The notes under the pieces: generated by a model
Databases searched by the model: none
The model's input: only the letters and a program-made list of their open reading frames with translations
What the model was told of the DNA's origin: nothing
Made by a program: the position numbers and the translations under genes
Part shown: one piece after another, positions 52,866-64,000 of the stretch
Position numbering within the stretch: the stretch's first letter is position 1
Layout: the number at the start of each line of letters is the position of its first letter
Assembly: GCA_976551045.1 (NCBI GenBank)
Contig: CDPCPM010000278.1
Span: 3,658,001-3,722,000, forward strand
Source of the DNA: Glaucostegus cemiculus
Lineage: Eukaryota
Reading direction: 5' to 3'
Length of the DNA stretch: 64,000 nucleotides

Positions 52866-55164
52866 TTTCTGTTAGACTAAGGTGGGAGGAAAAGCAAATG
52901 AAAAAGGAATAGAGTAGAAGAAATTGGAGGATGCAGAAAGGTAAGTAAAAATTGTTTTCATTTGTTTAAAATTATTTCTAAATATTTAAATTTTGATTTG
53001 GGAAATTAATAAAGCTACTCTTGTAATATGAATGACTTGATAAACATACCCCACATTGAATATTTTAATACTTACTGAACATTTTTGTTCAGTTCATGGA
53101 GACCACTATTTACTTGCATTCTGTCTGCCATTTCTTGCTTAATTGATTCAAGTATTCTTGCATGCTGATTATTTGATTTGATTTGTCTCTTGGATACATA
53201 AATTGGTGTCATCAGCAATATGTATTGAAAATATTCTAGTGGATCTGGAAGGCTTTCCTTACAGCATGCAATTTCTTTTCTAACAGCAGGGATGTAATAC
53301 AACATATTCTATTGCTAGGGTAGAGCTATGCTCAAGTAAGCTTATTCTTTTAAGATCAAAATTCTAGTTTCTTTATTTGTAAACATAGCATAACATCACT
53401 AAATGGCATAAATGCTGCTTGGTCAAGGAACTTTGTAGATTGAAATGTATTTGATAATTTAAGCTTTCAGCTGAACACAGAACATTTAAGACTTTTGTAA
53501 CAATTTGTGATGTCAGTATGACAAAATCTTAATATACCAACAAATTACTCATGCTCTCACTAATATTAAGTCAAATGGAGATTGCATTAGCCTGCTGCTA
53601 AAGTAAATCTGTATCCCTTAAGGCCACTGTCTAACTGCTGTTGAATAAACACTAAGTCTGAATTTAATTGCCATTCAGACTGTGAGTCATAATGTTGGTT
53701 TTCCTTTTGGTGAGATAAGTTAGAGGGTATATATATTCCCTTCTTGAATGATTGCTTTTCCTTATGCTTGTGTGTACCAAGTGTAAGGTTGAAAGTTGAC
53801 TGTAGAGTCTAAAGGAAATACCTAGTATGTGACTTATTGGAATATTATTGGCACATAGATATACAGGAAGTACTTAAGACATGTATAAATGGAAAGGGTG
53901 CTGCAGAACTCAACCATTCATACCTCCAGATGATGGTGTTTCCATTTATCACTGCCTGCTTCTCGTTCAATTTTCAATGCAGCTAGCTAGTTATCAATTA
54001 ATTCCCTAAGCCTTAACCTTTAAAAAAATCAATATTCTATGTATTTAATTTATCCATCTTTTTCCTGCCACAAATCAATTCAGTTTTTTTTTGTTCTAGA
54101 TTAGCTGCTTCTAATTTTCATTCACTAGATAACTTCTATAGGACAAGTTCTACAGGGCATATGCCACAGCATTTAGGAACATAAGAAAACTTTAAAAGCA
54201 TGCCATTCACCCCATTATTCCATTCCCTTATTAACGCATTATGTGCCTTTTATTAGATTCACATTTAACATTGGAGAAATTCTGTAAAGCATCCAAGGAC
54301 ATAATTATATACATCATAACATAAAACAGAAAATGCTGGAAATTCAAAGTTAGCTTTTCAGGTTGATAACTTTTCATCATGAATTCTGTTTCACACTCTA
54401 TAGAGGTTGTCTGCCCTGCTGAACTTTTCCAGTATTTTTTGTTTTATTTCAGATTTCCAGCATCTGTAATAAATTGCTTTTCAACAATTATACTGGGACT
54501 TAGTTAGTACAATTTGGTCACTAATTTTCTCCAAGACCTAGAGAAGCAATGTTTAACTCAAATCAGACTGATGGAAAGGAGTTTTTTTTTAATGGTTCTA
54601 AGTATCCCATTGTATCCTGAAGTATGTAGTGTATTTCAATCCTTGGTAACAAGACAAATAATAATTTGGCTCAAATTGGTTATACCATTGCCAAGAAGGA
54701 GTTTGTATTATAAATATCACATTGTAGGAGGAGCAGAAAGTTATCACTATTTGATTTACCAACTTTATTTACTTTCCCAAATGTATTGACTTATTACTGA
54801 GATAATATATTTTTCTGGCTTTCACAAGGCTAAATAAGGAGAAATCATGCACTATTGAGGAGGAAATAAGCTTCAGGGACAAATAATCTTTTCTCATTTT
54901 TATGCTCTTAAAGTTAAGAGTTGAGTTAGCTGAGATAAGTCAGCTAACTTAGCACTAATCATTTTCTTTCAAACTTGGCACATTTTTGCTTTGTACAGCT
55001 TGGCTAATTGTTATAAGAACTCATTGAAACATCAAGTGAGGAGGGAATGCCCTTCTGAAATATGAGATGATATTAAAGTATCAGTACTTCACATCTCAAC
55101 TATGTCAGACATTAAAGGGAATCGTTGTTATTGAAACTTGGTGCCAAAATGGGAACAATGTTCC

Positions 55165-55515
55165 ATTTGAGAGGCATAGATAGGGTAAACAACCAGAATC
55201 TTTTTTCCCAGGGTAGAAATGTTGAATACTAAGGGGCATATTTTTAAGGTGAGAGGGGGAAAGTTTAAAAGGCATGTGAGAGGCAAGTTTTTTTTACACA
55301 AAGAGTGATAGATGCCTGGAATATGCTGGTAGGAGTGGCAGTGTAAATAGATACGACAGTGGCGTTCAAGAGGCTTTTAGAAAGGCTCATGAATATACAG
55401 GGAGTGGAGGGATATGGATCATGTTCAAGTAGAAAGGATTAGTTAAATTTGGCATTATGCTCGGCACAGACATTATGGGCCGAAGGGCCTGTCCTGTGCT
55501 GTATTGTTCTATGTT
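55165..55515 (+). mobile_element. CR1/HER1 LINE 3' end
   Basis: gaggcatagatagggt...aaggtgagagggggaaagtttaaa...gggccgaagggcctgtcctgtgctgtattgttctatgtt. Confidence 0.85.
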
Positions 55516-56499
55516 ATCACACTGAATTTCCTTACTTTAAGGGAACAAAATTCACTTACATAGAAAGAAGGTATAACTGTGCCATGGATAAAATGCAATG
55601 TTGCTCCATTCAACTAATACCAGAGATACGAAGATTTATTTAAAATAGACCTGAGAAGTTGAACATTAATGTATACAAAACCTCATGCAAGATGTGAAAA
55701 AGCAAATAATGAACTATAATTTAAACTAGTCAGTGAATTAGTAACAGGAGAATGTAATTTTAAAATTAATATGAGAAACAAAAAAGGGAGGTTGAAGGAT
55801 TTTGTTTTGCAAAAAAATTAGAATATGGAATATCATTTTACAAGTAGCCAGCAAATCTAGTTAAATCACATTTAAAAATGAGTAAGGCCAGTGTTTAAAG
55901 AAATGATTCAGAAAACAGAGAACAAGGGATACAAGATCTGGACTGCTGAGCTAACACAGGTACAAAGGGTCAAATAACAAACTTTAAAAAAAGACACAAG
56001 AATTCATATATCTCCATAAATTACAAACACACTCAGATCATGGACCAGCTAATATAAATTCATCACCAGCTCTGCTATGTAAGGGGAAAGAAGTTAAAAA
56101 TTATTGGAAATGTAACCTATTGACATGGAATACAACCATCAATGGCCTTTGAAATATTCAGAATAATCGACTCATTAATGACTCTGAAATGCCATACATA
56201 ACGTTCAATTGAGCCTACATGGTTATTATTCAGCAAAGAAAAGTGTATGGAGGAGGAAATCTCCCTGCAGTTGTGAAAAACAGCAGCCCTAAGTGGAGTA
56301 AAGGCTACGTAATTTGAACAATTTTCCATTTGTCCTGTAGATTAGCTCTACTCTATTAGACTTGGAATTAATGTGCAGTATGGTGGCAAGAAAGATTGAG
56401 AAACACTGTCTATCTCCAACCATCAGGAGCCTCAAAGCATTCATCATAGTTGCTCTGAAGTGCACCATAATTAATACCTCTGAAAACACTCATAGGTTC

Positions 56500-57240
56500 T
56501 CTATTAGGTAAAAAAACAATTCTGGTTTCATTACAACTACCAGGAGATCCAAGAACGAATTAACCAGAAAAGCAAGGTATTCTTGGATTGGAAACTCCAT
56601 GATGACTCAAAGGAAAAGAATATCTCTGCAGACATCTGAAGGCTGAGATCCAGCAAAAAAACTCCCATGATCAATAGATGGTGCGTGGAAAGAGCATAGG
56701 TGATCCAGCAACTAACAGCTGATAACCACAACAGACATGGATTCTTCAGAGCTTTAAAGACTACTTATAGCCAAAGCATTGGAAGGCCACCCTGTTGAAC
56801 ACCAAGAACAGAGCAAAGCTCAGGAACAGAGAAGCAGTCTGAAACCACTCGAGGAAGTGCTTTGAAGGACTCCTGAGATTCTGTCCTTGATTTGAATGTT
56901 CCTGACTTCATTCCACAGGAAACTATTCGGTCCACCCTTGCCACCACCCCAGACCAACAAGGAGTTGAAAAGATTATATGTCAATTGAAAAAATACAAGG
57001 CCAAGCAATGCAGATGGATGCCTGCAGAAGTTTCAAGACATGACAAAGAGGAACTTCAAACACAAGTTCAAAGCCTCATTCATTTCCCACATCTGGGAAG
57101 TAGTTAGATGTGCCAGGGAACTTCAGAGATGTAATAAATTGTCAAGGAAGGAGACAAATCTGACTACAGAACTACAGGAGGAAAAGTCAACATCAGCATC
57201 CTCCTCAAACACCTTCTTTCAGTTGCTCCCCAAATGACGT
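56500..57240 (+). mobile_element. RTE-clade LINE internal fragment
   Basis: VEKIICQLKKYKA...MPAEV resembles the pre-RT segment of RTE ORF; upstream qdwfd-like region. Confidence 0.65.
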
Positions 57241-60200
57241 TCTAGAGGCACATAGTGTGACACGTCTCAGAAATGCAGTTTGCAGCATCAACCACAAAAC
57301 ACAGCCTCACAGAAGCCTTTGGCCCCTTAATTGTCCTGTGTGCTTGATAATAGTCAGAAAGAAACTATGAACTTAATAATATCTATACTTTGTGCAGTTA
57401 GGAGACCTCCATTTTCCAGTTAGAGCCAAGTTATAAACTGAGTCGACATAGCAATTAATTTCAGAGCCCTAATTGTGGAGAGAAATTACCAGGGTTCTTA
57501 CTCCTGATTGTGTTTCCATGACTGACAAGGGAATACATTTAAGATTTGAATTTAAAATTTAAGGTTAGAATGTGGAATTTACTGCCACAAATCCTCATTG
57601 AAGTAGGGTTCATAAGTGAATGAAATTAATTTAAAGAGAAGTGAATGGAGAGTGAGTCTAGAACAGGCTTGGTTGAATTAAAATACTGACACAGATTTGA
57701 AAGGCTGAATGACAATTTTCAGTCCTGAAATTCTCTATATTCTGTTCATTTTTAAAGCCAACTTGAAATATATCAAAACCTGTCAACAATTTCAAAAAGT
57801 TTGCAGTTTCTAAATGGTTTACAACTGCAATATGGTACCGATTATGAACCAGCACTTACATGGGCTTTGTAATGCAAGATTAACCCATCATTCCTTATTT
57901 AAATCAGAGATAATCAAACATAAGTATCTAAGAACCTCAAAAGGGACTATAAATGCTGAAGGCTCAATAACAATACTGCATTTCTCGGGATCAGAGGCAA
58001 TGTTCCCTAAGGAATCTTTGGGATATTATTTCATACGATGCATTCCTGCTAATTTGACTAACTTTCAAATGTTGAAATTGATTGATTGTAACATTGAAAA
58101 ATAGTAACAATTGAGTAGTCAGTAAAATTGTTGGATCCCTAAAATCTGCCTGAACCATCATTCTCCCACATCTACTCCCTACACCTCAGTTCAATTCACC
58201 CTTTCTGGACTCCATTCACAAACTTACTGTATACTTTCCAGACTCAACTTAAGTCTTTCCTTATCTCATGGAACACCCCATCTTTTCTCTCCCCCAATGC
58301 AATTCCTTCTTCACCCTCAAGTCAGTCTCTAATTTTACTCGCAATTCACCTAGAAAACCTTTCTCCACCCCTGATGTTCCTCTCTCAACTCCACTCCCTA
58401 ATTGCACCTCCCTTAAATCCGCTGGTCTCAACATTTGCCCTATTTTTCTTCCCAATACGGTGGTTCATTGCTCTTTGCTTTATTCTCTCCTCCTTCCTCA
58501 CCATTGTTCCCAGTAATTTACTTCCTTCGGAGCCATTCTTACCTGATGAGTGATTCTATTGATTCAATACTGAGACTCTCTATTTACATAAGAATTCCCA
58601 CCAACAGTCTACAGGACATGGAATCACTTACATTAAAAGTAGGAGCCTAAGTTCACGGTAATTTTTGTCAACAGACACTGCCATGTGAACATGGTGTCCG
58701 AAACATTGATATAAGAACATACAAAATGAAAGAAGCAATTGGATGTACAGCTACCATTCAATGTTACAGCAGCTCCTTTACCTCAGGCACATTTTATCTC
58801 CCCGATCAGTATATCATTCCCTTTCCTTAATATCCATGCTGGCTGATTAAGAAATGCTGGAAATGTCCCAAGGTTTTCCCAGCCAATCTGAAAAGTCTAC
58901 TGATGCTTGTTGTCTAAGTTTCCAAGTGATGACTTGGGCAAATATCAGAAGATAGTGAAACTGTAAACCAGGAATTTAAAAAAAACTATCTTTGGGAAAT
59001 AATTGGGGGGTGGGGGGGGGGGGGAAGCTGTCCTACTCTTTTGTGTTTGCCAAGTTAAAGACAAAATGCAATTACTAAGATAAATAGTGCCAGTAACTTG
59101 TAATTTAAAAGCTTTTATATAAAGATATTGTGATTGATTAAAATAATGGTGAAGGCCTTTCAAAGTTGATTGTATGGATTCCAGAAATTTCTTTCTTCTG
59201 CAGCTGTGCAGCATTTACAAAGTAAATCAATAAATGCATGGAGTGCAGATGATCTTGTTTCACAATTGTACTCATGTGGGTCAAGATGTTCTTTAAAGAA
59301 GTGCATTGCTCCTGCTAGGAAAAACACTAGAGTGGGGTAATGGTAGCAACAGCATAGACCTGTTTAGCTGCTGTGATAGCTGGGTACAATTACATCAGCC
59401 GGTGTGGTGCTGAGTCGTGTAAAACAGAAACCTCATGTTCAATTTCTAACTCTGCTGCATTTGCTGATTTAAGCCATGGCATTGTTATTTACAGATGTCT
59501 TATGTATGTTGAGTTAGGGAAGGGGAGGAGCAACTGGCACGGATAGGAGCTTCTGGTATTCACCAATAATCATTGCTGGAAATTTATAGATCAGCGGTGA
59601 ATAGCCTGTCGACGCTCACTGTCCAAATTCAGCAATTTAAAAAAATGTCCATGAGATTCTTAACAACATGGAGGCGAGAAGTTGAGTGACCCTACTACTG
59701 TTCTTTACCTTTACCACCCTATTTGCCATGAGTGGCTGAGCTCATTCTGGGACTTTCCACCAAGTGTCATAATGTGCCACTATTTAACACAAAACTTGTT
59801 GTCTCCCCCCCCCCCCCCCGCTACATTATTTAATTATTTTGATTTTCGCCTCTCCCCTGTCATTCTCACAATTTGTTTTCCAGTTAAGAAGACAGTCAGC
59901 CATCTTACTGTTAAACCAGTGACACTCTTTAACCTGTCACTAAGAATTGAAGACCAGTGGTGGTATCCAAATCCCCATTCCTTGAAAAATCTTGATCAAT
60001 GTACTTACCCAAATACAGCAAAAATAACTAGATGATCTTTGTTGTTCTAGTTTCACTGGAAGGCTCTCAGCTAACATATTCAGGATTGCTGAACAAGAAT
60101 TCTTACTGTATATCCTGGTATTATTTTCTCCCTCTACATCTGCCTCACGAAACCACTGACTCATTGCTACGAAGCAGTTCAAGTGAGGTGCAATTACTTA

Positions 60201-60299
60201 TTTTCTGCGCGTTTCGTTTGGCTGGACAACACTCACAACAAAACTCCATCTATCATCCACCTGCCTCTTAGCCTGTCATCTTTCACCCGTCCTCAGAGC

Positions 60300-60540
60300 A
60301 CCAATCATCTCGGACTCCTGCCTCATCACTCCACCTCCTCTTTACACCAGCCACCTCCCCTCTGCACTCTCAGTCCTGATGCAGGGCTTCGATCCGAAAC
60401 GTCAACATTTCCTACCCCCCCCCCCACCCCACCCCCCACCACACACACACACACACACAAATGCTGTTCGACCCGCTGAGTTCCTCCATCAGATGGTTTG
60501 TTGCTCCAGATTCCAGTTTCTGCAGTCTCTTGTGTCTCCA
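60300..60540 (+). mobile_element. Penelope-like element terminal (pLTR) fragment with hammerhead-like motif and (CA)n insert
   Basis: cagtcctgatgcaggg...cgaaacgtc...tgctgttcgacccgctgagttcctcca...ccagattccag...tctgcagtctcttgtgtctcc. Confidence 0.75.
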
Positions 60541-61499
60541 ATCCTGAAAACAATCCTTTCTTCCAGCGTCCACACGCAATGTACTTCGGGATCACCCAAG
60601 CAGAAACTTTGCCCAATATTTCCTAAAATTGCAGCGCTTCAGACAGCCTGGACTTTTAGCGAAATTAGTCACTGGGGAAACTAATGCTGAGGTCATTGTG
60701 TTACAAATGTGCAGAGGTATGTACCTAAGATAGGCCACCTGATGACAGTACCTGTACAATAGGTGCATCGTTAAAGGGGGGGGGGGAGGGGAGGTCATCA
60801 AGGTCAGAAATGGACAGCAGACGCTAATTCTTAAAGGATTTTGATATTAACCTGAAAGTCTCACAATTTGGAATATGCCACCCCAGGAAAGAAGTTCTGC
60901 AGGTGTCGTTTACAAATATCTTGCAATTAACTCAGCGAAAAATCCCAAAGCGCTTAACCCTATGTAAAATGAACTCTTGCTGTGTAGCTTTCCCCTGCTT
61001 TCATACAGATCCATGGATAGTGTTAGCACATTCTTCTTCTGTGAATTGACTGCGATAACCATGGAGAATATCACACCTTAGGCGAATCTATCTTCCCTGA
61101 GATCTCCTTTTAGGTTTACTGAGGCAGGAACCCAGACTGATTTCTAACTCATTAGCCTTGAAGCACCAGTGGCGTGGAAACACGACAAGAATTCCGCTCA
61201 TCGTGATTATAAAAACTACATTAAAAAAAAACTTCCAAGAAAAAAAAATTAATCAGTTTAGATTTTGTGATCCCATTTGAGATTAAAAATGTCAAATATG
61301 TGTTTTTGCTTCTAGCGGTTAAAATTACTGCCCCCCCCCCCCGCACACACACAAAATTTAGAATTAGTAATTGCCACAGGAGGGATACTCACATGGAACC
61401 GCACCCCAGTGTGAGTCGGTGTCGCCAGGTGGAGAGGAATAACAAATGTGGGTAATAAAATGAGATGGAAATGAAAGGTTACACTCTCCGTTACCGTAC

Positions 61500-61637
61500 C
61501 TTCCTCTGCCTGTCACTATCATCTCGGTGCCCACTGAATGGAACTTGCTCCACAGCAACTCGTTCTCCTTAACCAGTCTGATTACTGGCACCATCCTGGT
61601 GGTTTCCAGATCCATGGGAGAGAAAATATTATATGCT
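61500..61637 (-). CDS. T-box gene exon 2: start of T-box domain (AYNIFSPMDLETTRMVPVIRLVKENELLWSKFHSVGTEMIVTGRG-R)
   Basis: LW.KFH..GTEMIVT..GR signature. Acceptor T9-AG at 61638; donor AG|GTACGG splits the Arg codon in phase 2, the intron position typical of T-box genes. Confidence 0.9.
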
Positions 61638-62313
61638 CTAAAAAAAAATGCTCTTTAAGAAAAGTTTCCACCGTAAAGTTGCTTGGCGATAAGTGCGCCA
61701 ATCCTTCGGTTTGGGATCACTGGCCGCACATCAGAACGCGAGTCTCAACATCACCACCAGTAAAGAAACCAAAGCTGGACTTTTAATCGTTTCCGAAGGT
61801 TACACTTGGCTTTGCTGAACGTGTTAATCCTGTAGTAATTTTCATCAATAGAGCATTTTGTTTGAAATATCTCTGTCTGTGTTCAAAGCCGCCGGAGCCT
61901 GGTCGACCATCAAGATGACGCCTCGGTGAGATAAAGCTGCACGCACACTGGATGCGGGCGTGATTTTTTGTCAGGGAAGGTAGATTCACTGTCAAAGACA
62001 AGGCCAGTTGAATAGTCATCGGTCACATTCTGGTCTTCGGCGTAAGTGCAGATGCTGCGGTGTGCCTCTTCCGTCTGGATGCTGCTGCTGTCTCCCGTTG
62101 CTGCTTTATCTGACCCCCCGATCGCTTCTCTCCGGCTGGCTGTCTGCGGGCAGATCCTGGGAGGTTTGGATCTCCTGTCTGTCCTCGGCTGCCAGTCTCT
62201 ATCCGATCCGATCCGGTCTCGAATCGCCTGGAACTGGTGATCTGATCTCTCATCACAGACCCGTCCCCCCCGCCCCCCCCCCCCCTCGGCTCACCTCTCC
62301 CTAACACTCTTAC

Positions 62314-62447
62314 CTAAAATTTCTTATATTTTTCATCTGACACGCTGCGATCACAAGATCTCTTCCGGGAGCTGCAGCCTCTCTGTTCCCTTCCCTGGGC
62401 TCCATCGTTTTTCTCTTAATCCAGTTATTTTTATCCAACAGCACCAT
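62314..62447 (-). CDS. Divergent T-box gene, probable first coding exon (MVLLDKNNWIKRKTMEPREGNREAAAPGRDLVIAACQMKNIRNF-R)
   Basis: Open frame from ATG 62447 (in-frame TAG further upstream) to a strong donor AG|GTAAGA at 62314/62313. The phase-2 end joins in frame to the acceptor at 61637. There is no homology support for this N-terminus and the start ATG is uncertain (three in-frame ATGs). Confidence 0.55.
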
Positions 62448-64000
62448 CCCCCTCCCCGCCACAATAATCGCCACAATGTTCTCTCTCTGTCTCTCCAGTT
62501 CAATCTTCTAAATTGTTGCCTTTTACTTAGATGGAAAAAAATATCAAGCAGTCGAGACGGCGTGGTTGGTGCGTGAAGCCCTATCCATCACCCAGTAACG
62601 TCCTATTATTATCATCGGGTCAATCAGCTGCTCGGAAAGAGAAAATAAACACTCTTTTCAGCATCTGACGTGTCACTTTCGTCCTCACGCCACAAATTCT
62701 GGCAGCAGCAACATGTAACCGCATCTTCACCCAGACCCGAACCAGTTGCACGGTGATGTCAAGTAGCAGCTGGTGCCAGCCAGCTTTGGGATAACAGACA
62801 CTCGCAGCAACCGGCTCCTCGTCGCTCAACCCCTGTTAAAGAGACAGAGCCGTTTGGAGAGTGGTGTTTTTTGCACGTTTGTGTTTCTTGAAGGACTGCA
62901 AAGAAATTCTAGTCATTAATTCAGAGTGAATTAGGCTAACAGCGGCTTTTTTAAACTTGTGGATCAAGGTTATGCAATTCCAGTGGCGATTTTCAGTGAA
63001 ATTATTGGGCAATCAATTACCTCCATGCACTTTCTTCTTGTTAATTACCCTCATTCTCAAAATTTATATTATCTCATTCACACACACACAAAGAAAACGA
63101 TTCAATTAGGCACAAGAAGTACCATTTACTTTAATAGCCTATTCTGTCGACAAATGGATGAGTTTTATAAAATGGTTAAGTATATGGTGAAATTCTAACA
63201 AAATCAAAAGAAAAGCTGAAAACACCCAGTATAGAGGACGGTATCTGTGGATAAAAGAAGTCAGGGTTCATATTAATGATCAATGATAATTTTTCATGGG
63301 AATATTTTAATTTGAATATAGAGAGTAGAAAGTTGTGATTCAATGTATTGTTTCAGTATTTCTTTAGGGATGCCTTCATGGAAAATGTTTTTTAATTGGG
63401 AAAGGTGCAGATTATTTATAGACATAGCTTTTAAAAACATGCATGGGTAGATGAGCACACTAGAAATTATATATGTGTTAATGCCCAGCATAAACCGTGG
63501 AAATTGTTGATCCCACAATATTAGACCTCTACCACCATGGCCTGGATACTCCCAATGTCTCTGACCTCTCTCACCCAGAGTCTCCGGTGTCCCTTTTAGC
63601 TGTTACATGGGCCTCTGGCCTCTCTTTCTGCTGTTTCTAGGATCCTTCCCTCTCCAGTGACTTTTGCAAATTATGACAGCTCAATAGAAAACAAGTATTA
63701 TTTTTCTGCAATTTTGTCTGTCTTGTGTGCAGCTGAGCTGCAATTTTTTTGAAATGTATTCTGCAATTTAGATCAGGTCTCTATTTAATGTATGATTGAA
63801 ATAGTTTTTCAATTACTGAAAGGTCTTCAATTGTAATGCTTTGGACAATTCTGAGCACAGCACTGTAGGGAATGTGCACAGCATTTAGAAAGCTAAGTGG
63901 AGGTTTACATGGATGTTACTTCAGCTGTGAGAAGCTGGACAAATTAGGATATGTTCTGTTTGGAAGTGACCTCAAAGAATTTTCATGATGTTGAGCTGTT

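Larger units (their letters stand above)
61480..62900. promoter_or_regulatory. CpG-rich island over the 5' end of the T-box gene
   Basis: Visibly high CpG density against a CpG-depleted background, covering exons 1-2. A further minus-strand acceptor (tctctttaacag) near 62834 suggests the coding first exon may be preceded by 5' UTR or an upstream exon. Confidence 0.6.

Noticed and set aside
61071-61078. T-box half-site TCACACCT in intron 2 (another at 43881) suggesting autoregulation
   Set aside because: About two hits of an 8-mer are expected by chance in 64 kb on both strands, and the adjacent AGGCGAAT is a poor second half-site.
38127-62447. Assigning a gene symbol (TBX22/TBX18/TBX20/TBX6 etc.) or calling it a pseudogene
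   Set aside because: No subfamily-diagnostic residues are clear enough by eye, and all six exons are open with intact splice sites, which argues against a pseudogene.
62620-62833. Minus-strand frame GVERRGAGCCECL...AT-TGA-HHRATG...CCCC as a selenoprotein or last exon of another gene
   Set aside because: No recognisable homology or SECIS element; more simply 5' UTR or CpG-island sequence of the T-box gene.

Overview
Vertebrate nuclear DNA, almost certainly from a cartilaginous fish (ray/shark-type repeats: HE1/V-SINE-like tRNA SINEs, SacSINE1/Deu-SINEs, HER1/CR1, RTE, Rex1, Penelope-like termini). It is AT-rich and repeat-dense, and most entries in the ORF track are spurious or LINE debris. 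The main finding is a spliced, minus-strand T-box gene I assembled by hand from six in-phase GT-AG exons (62447-62314, 61637-61500, 47685-47535, 46498-46376, 39909-39766, 38212-38127) plus a probable short last exon at 37602, about 264 aa in total. Its structural core is recognisable, but several near-invariant DNA-facing motifs are replaced (TK.GRRMFP>TGRGRCLFP, KLTNN>KICTT, TAYQN>GHYHS, NPFAKGFR>NPYAKGAL), so it cannot be assigned to a known subfamily by eye. A second minus-strand gene starts at a CpG-island promoter at about 10.5-10.8 kb (BANP/ZBTB33, NRF1, CRE, GC and CCAAT motifs; first-exon donor at 10470), flanked by three C-rich minisatellites. Other features are a solo LTR with a perfect 5-bp target-site duplication, a Tigger transposase relic, Penelope-type minimal hammerhead ribozyme motifs and an inverted pair of young SINEs. 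All calls were made by eye with no database searches, and repeat boundaries are approximate.
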